NCBI GenBank assembly: GCA_947625135.1
Contig: CANQNE010000011.1
Span: 370-64,369, forward strand
Reading direction: 5' to 3'
DNA length: 64,000 bases
Origin: an uncultured Lachnospiraceae bacterium
GTDB lineage: Bacteria > Bacillota > Clostridia > Lachnospirales > Lachnospiraceae
Of the stretch, positions 1 to 10,600 are shown piece by piece. The notes under the pieces are model-generated. The model was not told where the DNA came from. It saw only the letters and a program-made list of their open reading frames with translations, and searched no databases. The number at the start of each line of letters is the position of its first letter. Positions within the stretch are counted from its first letter, which is position 1. The translations under genes were made by a program, and so were the position numbers.

Positions 1-246
1 TTCTTTTTTGCCGGAAAAAAGTATGATTTTATTTTTAAAATTTATTGTAGTCAAAGCAAATATGTGTTATATTAAAAAAACGTAGATACAAGATATTGTA
101 TTTTGTCAAAAAATAATGAGGAATATGCTATGGACAAAGCCTTTGTATTTCGACAGATACGGCTGGCCGGAAAACGACATCGATAAAACTCTAAAAGGAT
201 GAAATATGAGTAGGTTATAGAATAAAGGACAAGGAGCCTGGAAGTT

Positions 247-1980
247 GTGTGTAAATATGAGGCAGAGCAGAGGGAAAGTTATACCTTTGCCGAAAATACG
301 TTGACTGGGTGTTTTTTAAAGATTGCAAAAGTGAATCTTCTGACTGGCGAATATGAATTTGTAAAAAAAGAGCCGATCATGGATGAAAAGGATTATGAAC
401 AGATTACCAGTATATATTCTTATATCAAAAAGCAGGTGGATGACCACCTGGTTTTTTCTGAATATGCAGGAAATTATCTGAAATATTCCAACCCAGAATA
501 TGTGCAGGCAAGGATTTTTTCCGGAGGCAGGAGGATCACACAAAGCTATAAGAGAAAAACAGAAAACGGATATATGTGGGTGACGTTCAGCATTATGGCT
601 CCGGAGGGATGCAGTGCGGAAGATCCATGGGCAATTTTTGCATGGAGAGAGTCAGATACGGATACAACCACTATGGTAGATGCGCTTTCTACTTTATCTA
701 CTATTTATTATAAGATCCTGAAGATCAACCTGACAAAAGATACTTTTGAAGGAGTAAAGGTGGAGGAAGGCGAGCAGCAGTTCATGAGCAGGCTCAACAA
801 GATCAGCGACTGGTGGAGGGAATTTGCTGAATCCGGTCTGGTTTATGAGGATGACAGGATTTCTTACCAGAAATTTACGGAGATTGAAAGATTACGGCTG
901 CAGTTTCGCGAGAACCGGAGTATACAAAGCCTCCGTTACCGCAGAAAGAATGGGAAAACATATCGCTGGGTACAGATGGATCTGGTGCCCAGTATCGAAT
1001 ATACAGATGACAATCAGATTTTGATCCTCTATGTAAAGGACATTCATGAGGAGTATCTGTCTGAGCAGCAACGCCGGCAGAAGATGGCGGACGGATATAA
1101 TCGGGACGCGCTGACCTTTTTATATAACCGTCATAAATACAACGAGGATCTGGAAGAATTGAGCAGACAAAAAGCGTGTAAGGAGCTTACCTGCCTGTAT
1201 GTGGATGTAAACGGACTCCATGAGATGAACAACCATCTTGGGCACCAAAAAGGGGACGATATGCTCTGCAGTGTGGCGGACGCTCTGCGCAGGTTCTTCC
1301 CTGACGAGCGGGTGTATCGTATCGGCGGGGATGAGTTTGTGATGCTTTCCCGCAATCTTTCCAAAGAGAGTGTGGAAATGATGCTGACAGTGGTGCGCAG
1401 GCAGCTTGCAAGGGATCATTATGAGATCTCGGCAGGAATCGGCAGCGGCACGGAGCAGGCTACGGTCTATAAAATTATCGGAGCTGCGGAGCTTGCCATG
1501 CGCGCGGATAAAGAGCAGTATTATAAGCAGAATGACGGCGTACGTAAGCGGCGGGTTATGAATGAGGAATTGGAAAAAATACTGTCGGAAAAACAGGATG
1601 CAGAATATTTCCTGCAGGTGATCGCCAGCAAATTTGCCGGAGTGTATTTTGTAAATCTCCGGAAAGATACGCTCCGACATATTTACATACCTGAGTATTT
1701 TCTGGAATTTCTGGAAAAAGCGAATTTTAGTTACAGGCAGGGAATGGAGCTGTATATCCAAAAGCTTGTGAAAAAGATTTATTGTGATCGTTTTGAAGAG
1801 GTCATGAATTTTGAAAAACTGGAAGAGAAGCTGGAAGAGGATGAGGAGGTTCAGATCACCTATCAGAAAGTGAATGGGGCATGGATGAAGTTGCGTATTC
1901 TGGATCTTTCCGATCAGTTTAAGGAAAAGGGAGAAACTTTGTGGATCTTTACAGATGAGACAAAAGCAGAAAATCACTAA
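247..1980 (+). CDS. GGDEF-domain diguanylate cyclase with uncharacterised N- and C-terminal regions
   Basis: 577-aa ORF with a GTG start 10 nt after AAGGAG. Central RIGGDEFVML active-site motif, preceded by DALTFLYNRH and VDVNGLHEMNNHLGHQKGD, typical of the GGDEF fold. Confidence 0.85.
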   Translation: MCKYEAEQRESYTFAENTLTGCFLKIAKVNLLTGEYEFVKKEPIMDEKDYEQITSIYSYIKKQVDDHLVFSEYAGNYLKYSNPEYVQARIFSGGRRITQSYKRKTENGYMWVTFSIMAPEGCSAEDPWAIFAWRESDTDTTTMVDALSTLSTIYYKILKINLTKDTFEGVKVEEGEQQFMSRLNKISDWWREFAESGLVYEDDRISYQKFTEIERLRLQFRENRSIQSLRYRRKNGKTYRWVQMDLVPSIEYTDDNQILILYVKDIHEEYLSEQQRRQKMADGYNRDALTFLYNRHKYNEDLEELSRQKACKELTCLYVDVNGLHEMNNHLGHQKGDDMLCSVADALRRFFPDERVYRIGGDEFVMLSRNLSKESVEMMLTVVRRQLARDHYEISAGIGSGTEQATVYKIIGAAELAMRADKEQYYKQNDGVRKRRVMNEELEKILSEKQDAEYFLQVIASKFAGVYFVNLRKDTLRHIYIPEYFLEFLEKANFSYRQGMELYIQKLVKKIYCDRFEEVMNFEKLEEKLEEDEEVQITYQKVNGAWMKLRILDLSDQFKEKGETLWIFTDETKAENH

Positions 1981-2002
1981 GTGGTAAAGCGATCGGATTC
2001 AT

Positions 2003-2045
2003 AAAAGAGTTGATGTCAGCTGATGTCAGCTCTTTTATTTTTATA
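2003..2045 (+). terminator. Rho-independent terminator after the GGDEF gene
   Basis: Hairpin AAAAGAG...CTCTTTT enclosing a tandem GATGTCAGCT x2, followed by TTTTATTTTT about 20 nt after the stop codon. Confidence 0.6.
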
Positions 2046-2253
2046 ATGGCTATAGCGGAAGGAAGATTTTTTAAAAGAAACAATGGGAGAATGTGAATTG
2101 TATTTTGAATAGATATATTGTATAATGATCATATAATTTATAAAGAAATAAGTTCAGAATATCTTTAAAAAGTCAGGATATCTGCCGATCATGATACCAA
2201 AGTAAGAACCGACTAATATTACAGAGCCGGATATTAGAAGGGGGAGATAAATT

Positions 2254-4365
2254 GTGAAAAACAGAAAGATCTGGAAATCAGGAGCAGTTATTTTATCCCT
2301 TCTGCTTATATACAATCTGATCGCGTTTCCCGTATATGGAAATGAAATTCAGAAAGATCTGTTTACAGAGGAAGAACAGGCGTACATTGAAAAAGAAAGC
2401 GTTTTAAAGGTCGGATATGTCTGTGACCGCAGGCCGGTATCTTATCAGGGAGAAAACGGGGAACTGGCCGGTATTTCCAGACAGATATTTGACAAGATTT
2501 CCGAGATCAGCGGATTAAATTTTGAATATGTGGCGCTTCCACCCGGCGATATTACATACGAGTATCTTTTAAATGAGGGCTTTGATCTTGTCACCAGTGT
2601 GGAATATAATAAGGAAAATCAAAATGCCCGGGGAATTCTCATGAGCGATCCTTATCTGTCCAGCAGAAAAGTGATCGTAGCTAAAGAAGGATTAAATCTT
2701 CGGAAGGACGCACATTTTACAGTGGCGATCTCCACAGGCTCCCAGACGCTCAAAAAGGTACTTACTAATCAGTATCCGAATTTTAAACTGGTAAATTATC
2801 CTTCCATTGAGGATTGCCTGAAGGCGGTCAATCAGGGAGATGCAGATTTGCTGATTCAGAATCAGTATGTGGTAGAATATTGGCTGTACAAGCCGATCTA
2901 TAATGATCTGGTTGTAATCCCCATGCTGGAGATGCTGGATCAGCTTTGTTTTTCGGCGGTAGTTCCCTTAGAGATTACGAATGATGAAGATCCGGTGTGG
3001 CGGGAAAAGAAACAGCAGATTTCCATTATCAACAAAGCCATTGCGCAGATGTCGGAAGGAGAAGTGTCAGGGTATATCATCGGATCCACATTGGAAGATA
3101 TGTATAAATACTCCATTTCCGATTTTTTGTATCAGTACCGTTATACAGTGCTGATACTGGGAATTGCGTTTGTGGTGATCTGTATTCTGGTGTATGTGGC
3201 GATTCATTTCAGGATCCGTTCTATCAGGGATCGTTCCGATGCCAAGGCTAAGGGGGACTTTTTATCTGCCATGAGCCATGAGATCCGCACGCCCCTGAAC
3301 GGGCTGATCAGCCTGAATTATCTTATGTCCCAGAATGTGGACGACAAGGAAAAAATAAAAAATTATCTGCAGCAATCCTCCACAGTTTCCCAATATCTTC
3401 TGGCGCTGGTCAATAATGTGCTGGATATGTCAAAGCTGCAGGAGAACAAGATCGCGCTGGAGCATGAGCCGGTTGACCTTCAGCTTCTTCTGGAAACAGT
3501 GGAATCTGTGGAACGAGGAAGTATGGAGGAAAAAGAAATAAAGTTCCGATCAGATGTGTCGCTTTCTTATCCGCATATACTGGGGGATGAGGTCCGGATC
3601 CAGCAGATACTCATCAATTTGCTGGACAACGCCCGCAAGTATACGGAAGCAGGAGGCAGCGTGACGGTAACCGTGAGCCAGAGCTGGAATTTGGAGGGAG
3701 ATATTATTACCCGGATAGAGGTGGCGGATGACGGCTGCGGCATGAGCGAGGAGTTTCAGAAAAAGGTATTTGATCCTTTTGCACAGGAAAGAGATACGGT
3801 TTCCAAAGGAAATGAGGGAACCGGGCTGGGTCTTTCAATTTCCTCTATGCTGGCGGAACGGATGGGCGGAACCCTGAGTCTGGAAAGCAGACTGAAGGAG
3901 GGCAGCCGTTTTATCTTTACATTCCCGGCAAGACCGGCGAAGCCCGGAGGAGAGGATGCGGCTTCTGTGGAAACGCAGAAAAGCAGCACCCATGACAGAC
4001 CGCACATTCTGATCGCAGAGGATAATGAGCTGAATGGGGAAATTTTGACGGAGCTGCTGGAAGAGGAGGGGTTTCCTGTCCTTCTGGTGGAAAATGGCAA
4101 AAAGGCAGTGGAAGCCTTTGCCGCATCGGCGGTGGGAGAGTACGGCGTGATACTTATGGATCTGCTGATGCCGGAAATGAATGGATTTGAGGCGGCCAAA
4201 GCCATAAGAAGCCTTGATCGGGCGGATGCGGGCAGTGTCAAAATATTTGCCAGCACGGCCAATACCATGCAGAAAGACCGTGCAAAGGCTTTCGAGAGCG
4301 GAATGGATGATTTTATCGCAAAACCTATTGATATCGGCGACTTGATCAAGAAACTGCAGAATTGA
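2254..4365 (+). CDS. Hybrid sensor histidine kinase/response regulator with a periplasmic solute-binding-like sensor domain
   Basis: 703 aa, GTG start after GGGGGAG. N-terminal signal/TM, SBP_bac_3-like region (LKVGYVCDRRPVSY...), second TM, H-box FLSAMSHEIRTPLNG, G-box GTGLGLSIS, C-terminal receiver (ILIAEDNELNG...LMDLLMPEMNG). Confidence 0.9.
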   Translation: MKNRKIWKSGAVILSLLLIYNLIAFPVYGNEIQKDLFTEEEQAYIEKESVLKVGYVCDRRPVSYQGENGELAGISRQIFDKISEISGLNFEYVALPPGDITYEYLLNEGFDLVTSVEYNKENQNARGILMSDPYLSSRKVIVAKEGLNLRKDAHFTVAISTGSQTLKKVLTNQYPNFKLVNYPSIEDCLKAVNQGDADLLIQNQYVVEYWLYKPIYNDLVVIPMLEMLDQLCFSAVVPLEITNDEDPVWREKKQQISIINKAIAQMSEGEVSGYIIGSTLEDMYKYSISDFLYQYRYTVLILGIAFVVICILVYVAIHFRIRSIRDRSDAKAKGDFLSAMSHEIRTPLNGLISLNYLMSQNVDDKEKIKNYLQQSSTVSQYLLALVNNVLDMSKLQENKIALEHEPVDLQLLLETVESVERGSMEEKEIKFRSDVSLSYPHILGDEVRIQQILINLLDNARKYTEAGGSVTVTVSQSWNLEGDIITRIEVADDGCGMSEEFQKKVFDPFAQERDTVSKGNEGTGLGLSISSMLAERMGGTLSLESRLKEGSRFIFTFPARPAKPGGEDAASVETQKSSTHDRPHILIAEDNELNGEILTELLEEEGFPVLLVENGKKAVEAFAASAVGEYGVILMDLLMPEMNGFEAAKAIRSLDRADAGSVKIFASTANTMQKDRAKAFESGMDDFIAKPIDIGDLIKKLQN

Positions 4366-4387
4366 TAGAATAGAATATTACATACAT

Positions 4388-4434
4388 GCCCGGCGGGATC
4401 TGACAGAGCAGAACCCGCCGGGCTTTGTTTTTTG
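4388..4434 (+). terminator. Rho-independent terminator after the kinase gene
   Basis: GCCCGGCGGG...CCCGCCGGGC 10-bp stem followed by TTTGTTTTTTGTTT. Confidence 0.75.
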
Positions 4435-4464
4435 TTTAGGGAATAGCGGATCAGAAAGCGGCAG

Positions 4465-5187
4465 TCAAAGAACCTTGGATAAAAATTCCTGCAGCCGGGG
4501 ATCTTTCGGATGGCTGAAAAAATCAGAAGGTTCGTTTTCCTCTTTGACAATACCGTCGTCGATAAAGAGAACCCGATTGGCGACCTCTCTGGCAAAACCC
4601 ATTTCATGGGTTACGACGACCATAGTCATGCCTTCGTTGGCCAGCTCACGCATCAGCTCCAGCACTTCCCCCACCATCTCCGGATCAAGGGCGGAGGTGG
4701 GCTCGTCAAAAAGCATCACGTCCGGGTCCATAGCCAGTGCCCGCACGATGGCGATCCGTTGTTTCTGACCGCCGGAAAGCTGGTTGGGAAAAGCCGTTGC
4801 TTTTTCCTCCAGTCCGATGCGCCGGAGCAGCTCCATAGCCCGCTCATTGGCGGCCTCCCTTGTGTTCTTTTTCAGCTTGATGGGCGCCAGCGTGATATTC
4901 TCCAGCACCGAAAGATGAGGGAACAGGTTGAACTGCTGGAATACCATGCCCATTTTCTGGCGCATTTTATTGATGTCATTGTGCTGATCTGTGATGTTGA
5001 CGCCTTCAAACCAGATTTCCCCGCCGGTTGGTTCTTCCAAAAGATTCAGACAGCGCAGAAATGTGGATTTGCCGGAGCCGGAAGGCCCGATTACCACGAC
5101 CTTTTCTCCCTGCTTGATGTGCTGGTCAATACCCTTCAGCACTTCATGGTTCCCAAAGGCTTTTTTCAGTTGTTTAGTGACGATCAC
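4465..5187 (-). CDS. Polar amino-acid ABC transporter ATP-binding protein (GlnQ/ArtP-like)
   Basis: 240 aa. Walker [10 protein letters not shown], signature LSGGQKQR, Walker [12 protein letters not shown]. Confidence 0.92.
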   Translation of the reverse strand: MIVTKQLKKAFGNHEVLKGIDQHIKQGEKVVVIGPSGSGKSTFLRCLNLLEEPTGGEIWFEGVNITDQHNDINKMRQKMGMVFQQFNLFPHLSVLENITLAPIKLKKNTREAANERAMELLRRIGLEEKATAFPNQLSGGQKQRIAIVRALAMDPDVMLFDEPTSALDPEMVGEVLELMRELANEGMTMVVVTHEMGFAREVANRVLFIDDGIVKEENEPSDFFSHPKDPRLQEFLSKVL

Positions 5188-5893
5188 CTTTTGCCAGCCT
5201 CCTCTCCAAAATATTCAGCAGTCTGCCCAGTACTACTACGATCACCAGATAAATGGCTGCGGCGATCAAAAGGGGCGGGATCAGATCCCATGTACGTGAG
5301 CCTATGTACTGCGCGTTCTTTGTCAGGTCGTTTACCGCGATCACGCTGGCCACGGAAGTTTCTTTTACCAGTACGATAAATTCATTTCCAAGGGCGGGCA
5401 AAATATTTTTAATGGCCTGTGGCAGGATAATGTACCACATGGTCTGCAGCCAGTTGAAGCCGAGAGAACGTCCGGCCTCCATCTGCCCGGAATCCACCGC
5501 GTTGATGCCTGCCCGCACGATCTCCGCCACGTAAGCGCCGGAGTTGATGCCGAAGCAGACGGTACCTACCAGGATGGGATTGGTATCTCTGGAGGTAAAA
5601 ATCAGGTTATAAATGATCAGCAGCTGCACCATCAGGGGTGTGCCCCGGATCACGGTAATGTACAGGTCGCACAATTTTCCGAGCAAACGTACGATCAGCA
5701 CCTTGGTATGAGCGCCGCAGACCTTGATTACGGCTACAATAACGCCGATGACTACACCCAGCAGCACCGCGAACAGAGAGATGATCAGCGTGATTTTCAG
5801 ACCGTTGATATATGCAAGATATCTCTGCTCCGGCACAATGGCGTTGTAGAAGGAGTCGTAAATATTCTGCAGCTTTTCCAGTATTGTATTCAT
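5174..5893 (-). CDS. Amino-acid ABC transporter permease
   Basis: 239-aa multi-TM ORF that overlaps the ATPase gene by 14 nt. Sequence is typical of the His/Glu/Gln/Arg permease family. Confidence 0.88.
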   Translation of the reverse strand: MNTILEKLQNIYDSFYNAIVPEQRYLAYINGLKITLIISLFAVLLGVVIGVIVAVIKVCGAHTKVLIVRLLGKLCDLYITVIRGTPLMVQLLIIYNLIFTSRDTNPILVGTVCFGINSGAYVAEIVRAGINAVDSGQMEAGRSLGFNWLQTMWYIILPQAIKNILPALGNEFIVLVKETSVASVIAVNDLTKNAQYIGSRTWDLIPPLLIAAAIYLVIVVVLGRLLNILERRLAKGDRH

Positions 5894-5920
5894 GAAGACC
5901 TCCGTTAAATTGGGGTGAGT

Positions 5921-5958
5921 AAAAAAGGACTCCGTCGAAGCAACATCCGGCGGAGTCC
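5921..5958 (-). terminator. Intra-operon terminator/attenuator between the binding-protein and permease genes
   Basis: On the minus strand, GGACTCCG...CGGAGTCC is followed by TTTTTT. It lies between the SBP stop (6033) and the permease start (5893). Confidence 0.55.
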
Positions 5959-6032
5959 CACATGTTTATGTAAGTTTACAACCTCAGCTCGTCCAAAGCT
6001 TCTCTGTCAGGAACGGCATTGTCACCGGTTTC

Positions 6033-6854
6033 TTATGAAGCAGTGGAGTGGTTTGCAATAAACTGATCGATAGATCCGTCTTCCTTCAGCTTTTTCAGCA
6101 CGCTGTTGATTTTTTCCAGCAATTCTGTGTTGCCTTTCTGAACAGCAATGGCGTACTGGTCAACAAACAGAGGATCGCCCTCTACGATCGCGAGCTTTCC
6201 GTTTGAAGTGGCAACCATCTCCTGAGCAGGAACCTCATCCATAACAATGCAGTCGATCTTGTCATTCTGCAGATCGGATGCAGCCTGAGTGAAAGTAGTA
6301 TAGCGCACGATATCAGCCTGGGATACGTTTTCTGTGTTGGAAACCCACAGGTCGGCAATATTGCCCTGCTGTACGCCGATGCGCTTGCCCTCAAGAGAAG
6401 CGGCATCTACAGTTTCCACGGCTTTTGTTGCCGCATTGACAACGATGACCTCGGTGGAGTCTACATAGTTGTCGGAGAAGTCCATGACTTTCTCACGTTC
6501 GGGATCCACAGAAACTCCGGCCGCTACCATATCAACTTTACCCTGCTGTACTGCGATCAGCGCACCGTCAAAGGTCATGTTCTGAATTTCCAGCTCCAGA
6601 CCAAGTTCGTCTGCGATGGCCTGTGCGATATCCATATCCACGCCGACTACCTGATCGCCCTTCAGATATTCATAAGGGGCAAATCCGGCTTCGGTGCCTA
6701 CGATCAGCTTACCGCCGGAAGTGGCGCCGGAATCAGCCTCCTCAGTTTGTTCCGGGGCAGAGGTAGCGTTGCTGCTGTCGGAAGAGTTTCCGCAGGCGGT
6801 CATGGCAAATGCAGCCGCGCATGCAAAAAGCAAAGCAACGATTTTCTTTTTCAT
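6033..6854 (-). CDS. Amino-acid ABC transporter substrate-binding lipoprotein
   Basis: I moved the start to the ATG at 6854 (MKKKIVALLF), which follows AGAAGGAGG. Lipobox AMTAC, then SBP_bac_3-like KLIVGTEAGFAPYEY. Confidence 0.9.
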   Translation of the reverse strand: MKKKIVALLFACAAAFAMTACGNSSDSSNATSAPEQTEEADSGATSGGKLIVGTEAGFAPYEYLKGDQVVGVDMDIAQAIADELGLELEIQNMTFDGALIAVQQGKVDMVAAGVSVDPEREKVMDFSDNYVDSTEVIVVNAATKAVETVDAASLEGKRIGVQQGNIADLWVSNTENVSQADIVRYTTFTQAASDLQNDKIDCIVMDEVPAQEMVATSNGKLAIVEGDPLFVDQYAIAVQKGNTELLEKINSVLKKLKEDGSIDQFIANHSTAS

Positions 6855-7098
6855 AAATGGTCCTCCTTCTAAAATGACGTTTTTATTTCTTCTATATTTT
6901 AGCATTATTTTCATAAAAAGCAAGTCTGTATTAAAAGAAAAGGGCGTCTGAAAGAGTTATTTCCTTATTATAATGGTGTCCTGCAAGAAAGAAAACGGAT
7001 CCTGTAGACAAAAAGGATAGCAGCTAAAATTTGGAAAAAATTTTAAAAAGGGGAAAATTATTTTGAAAATCATCACGTGGATATGCAGAAAATTGCAT

Positions 7099-7332
7099 TT
7101 AACGGTCAAAAGACAGAAGACTACAAACAGAGACATCTAAAACATCGGCAATATCAAATAATGTATCCAGAGAAATGGAAGTTGGCATATTGGGCGCTTC
7201 AATATTACTCATGTGTGTCCGGCTGATATTGATCCGATCTGCAAGCTGTAGTTGGGTGTAGCCTTTCAGCTTTCTATAATAAGCAATATTCAGACCGAGC
7301 ATCTTGTATTCCCGTGTCCATTTTTTATTCAT
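7099..7332 (-). CDS. XRE-family HTH transcriptional regulator (78 aa)
   Basis: Start moved to the ATG at 7332, after GGAGGTG. HTH segment YYRKLKGYTQLQLADRINISRTHMSNIE. AT-rich gene, divergent from the repeat-protein operon. Confidence 0.8.
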   Translation of the reverse strand: MNKKWTREYKMLGLNIAYYRKLKGYTQLQLADRINISRTHMSNIEAPNMPTSISLDTLFDIADVLDVSVCSLLSFDR

Positions 7333-7413
7333 TCGCGTCACCTCCATGTAAAGTGTACCTACTAACATATTGTTTTTAAACAATATAAAATTTTGCAAAT
7401 GCAAATTTATATG

Positions 7414-7442
7414 TTGCAAAATTTGAAAAAGTATAGTAGTAT
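7414..7442 (+). promoter_or_regulatory. Candidate sigma-A promoter for the Cys-repeat operon
   Basis: TTGCAA, 17 nt, TAGTAT. The -35 hexamer is the third TTGCAAA repeat in this intergenic region. This would give a leader of about 230 nt. Confidence 0.35.
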
Positions 7443-7676
7443 ATAAGCGAAAAGGTGTATTCATACGACGGGAGAAGTATACGCATTACCCAAATTACAC
7501 CGGCGGAGGCAATAGTACAAGGAAATAGCAGGACAGACTCATGGAAAATGATTTCGAGCTGACCTTGCGGACTGCGTGAGGAGGTGTGAAATGAAAAAGC
7601 TGAATCGGGCGAGACCACCAAATGGAAAGCGCCCGTAAATCTGTAACAAAAAAACAATAGAAACGGAGGACATGCA

Positions 7677-10600
7677 ATGAGTATCCTGAAACGGATCTTA
7701 GTTGTACTTCTGTCATTGTGTATGGCAGTTTCTCCTGTCTATGTGGCTTCAGCAGGAACAGTGGAAGCTGCGGAGGGAGCGCATACACATAAATATGACA
7801 AGTCAACGGTAAAAGAGGCTAGTTGTAAGGAACCGGGAATTGACAAGTACGAGTGCGAATGTGGTGATTCCTATTATTCCATCGTTACTGTACCCCATGA
7901 TTACGACACAAATGGGGACGGCAAAGAGGATATCAATGATGAGGGCACCTCAATTACAAAGCAGCCCACTTGTACGGATAAGGGTCAGATTACCTATACC
8001 TGTAAGGTGTGTGGAGCCAAAAAGGTAGATGAACTGCCTGCAAACGGACATACACCCGGGACCCCTGAATTGATTCCCCATACCTGCACCGAGAATGGCA
8101 AGGCTGTGATCAAGTGTACTGTTTGTCATGCAGTTCTTGAGACAACGGATCTGGGCGACGCTGATAAGGCGCCCGGAACAGATCATGTGCCCGGCCCTGT
8201 GCAGAAGGAAAATGAAAAGGCAGTGACCTGTAAGAAAGACGGCTCTTATGACAATGTGATCTACTGTACAGTCTGCAAGGCGGAGATCAGCCGCGAGACA
8301 GTGACAGTGAAATCAACAGGTCAGGAGCATGTTTACAGTGAAGAAGACCTTCAGGTTGTAAAGCCTGCCAGCTGTACCGAAAACGGTATTTCCAGCTACA
8401 CCTGTAAAGAGTGTAAGGAAGTCGGCTATGTAGTGATCAATGCTTCTCACAGCTGGAAGCTGAAAGAGAAAGCGGAAGACGACTACAAGGAAAGGGTAGA
8501 AGCGACCTGCGGCAAGGATGGCAAAGGTACATACCAGTGCGAGGTCTGCGGCGAGACAAAGGTTGACGTGATTCCGGCAACCGGACAGCATACTATTGTA
8601 GAAGAGTATAAGGATCCTACCTGTACAGAAGCGCAAATGTATGAGAAGAAATGTTCTGTCTGCGGGAAGGTGCTGGAGTCAAAGCCGGTAGAAGGCAGCA
8701 AACCCAATGGTCACAAGGAAGCATCAAGATACGTGGCGCCTACCTGTACCAAGAACGGTCAGAATGAGACTTACTGTACAGTCTGCAACAAAGTGTTGAA
8801 GACGGAGGATCTTGGCGAGCTGGATCCTTCCAAGGGCGGCCATAAGCTGGGCGACTGGACAGCCGACAAGACGGATAAGAAATGGAAGGACGTTACCTGT
8901 AAAGAGAACGGCCTCAAGGTAGAAGTACAGATCTGTTCTGTATGTAAGGAAAAAGTAAACAGAAGAGAAACTGTTGTAGAGTCCACAGGAACAGAGCATA
9001 AATACCCTGCAGTTGGCAAGGGAACAGTGGTTACCCCTGCAAGCTGTGAAAAGAACGGTATTGAGCGTGTGACCTGTGAAATCTGTAAGGCATCCACCTA
9101 CCGTGTTGTTCCCGCAAGCCATAACTGGGTAGACAAAGGCTGGGTAGCAGGCAAGGAAGCTACCTGCGCAAAGGACGGCGAAAAGAATTTCGAGTGTGCC
9201 GTCTGCAAAAAGACAAAGACCGAAAAGGTTTCCAAGTCTACAGTGAAGCATACGCCCGGTCAAGAAGAGTATCAGGAGCCTACCTGTACAGAGCGCGGCA
9301 AGATGGTGGTTAAGTGTACAGTCTGCAAGGCTGTGATCTCCTCCAAGGATGTAACAGGCAAGGAAGCGGATCCGAAGGGACATAAGGAAGCAGTAAGATT
9401 TGTAGAAGCGACCTGTGAGAAGAACGGTCAGAGCGAGACTTACTGTACAGTCTGCAACAAAGTGCTGAAGACGGAGGATCTTGGCGAGCTGGCACCTTCC
9501 AAGGGCGGCCACAAGCTGGGCGACTGGACAGCCGACAAGACAGATAAGAAATGGAAGGACGTTACCTGTAAAGAGAACGGCCTCAAAGTAGAGGTACAGA
9601 TCTGTTCTGTATGTAAGGAAAAAGTAAACAGAAGAGAAACAGTTGTGGAATCCACAGGAACAGAGCATAAATACCCTGCAGTTGGCAAGGGAACAGAGGT
9701 TACCCCTGCAACCTGCGACAAGAATGGTATCGAGCGTGTGACCTGTGAAATCTGTAAGGCGTCCACCTACCGTGTTGTTCCCGCAAGCCATAACTGGGTA
9801 GACAAAGGCTGGGTAGCAGGCAAGGAAGCTACCTGTGCAAAGGACGGCGAAAAGAATTTCGAGTGTGCCGTCTGCAAAAAGACAAAGACTGAAAAGGTTT
9901 CCAAGTCTACAGTGAAGCATACGCCCGGTCAGGAAGAGTATCAGGAGCCTACCTGTACAGAGCGCGGCAAGATGGTGGTTAAGTGTACAGTCTGCAAGGC
10001 TGTGATCTCCTCCAAGGATGTAACAGGCAAGGAAGCGGATCCGAAGGGACATAAGGAAGCAGTAAGATTTGTAGAAGCGACCTGTGAGAAGAACGGTCAG
10101 AGCGAGACTTACTGTACAGTCTGCAACAAAGTGCTGAAGACGGAGGATCTTGGCGAGCTGGCGCCTTCTAAAGGCGGCCACAAGCTGGGCGACTGGACAG
10201 CTGACAAGACAGATAAGAAGTGGAAGGACGTTACCTGTAAAGAGAACGGCCTCAAGGTAGAAGTACAGATCTGTTCTGTATGTAAGGAAAAAGTAAACAG
10301 AAGAGAAACTGTTGTAGAATCCACAGGAACAGAGCATAAATACCCTGCAGTTGGCAAGGGAACAGTGGTTATGGCTGCAACCTGCGACAAGAACGGTATC
10401 GAGCGTGTGACCTGCGAGTTCTGTAAGATTTCCACCTATCGTGTTGTTCCCGCAGGCCATAACTGGGAGACAAGAGGTTATGTGGAAGGCAAAGTGCCTA
10501 CCTGTGCAAAGGATGGCGAGGAGAAGTTCGAGTGTACAGTCTGCGGAAAGACGAAGACTGAGAAGGTCTCCAAGTCTACGATCAAGCATCAGTATGAGAC

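Noticed and set aside
7333-7676. I searched for long inverted repeats flanking the promoter of the surface-protein operon, which would indicate an invertible phase-variation switch.
   Set aside because: I found only short local palindromes, no flanking inverted repeats of 15-30 bp, and no recombinase gene nearby.
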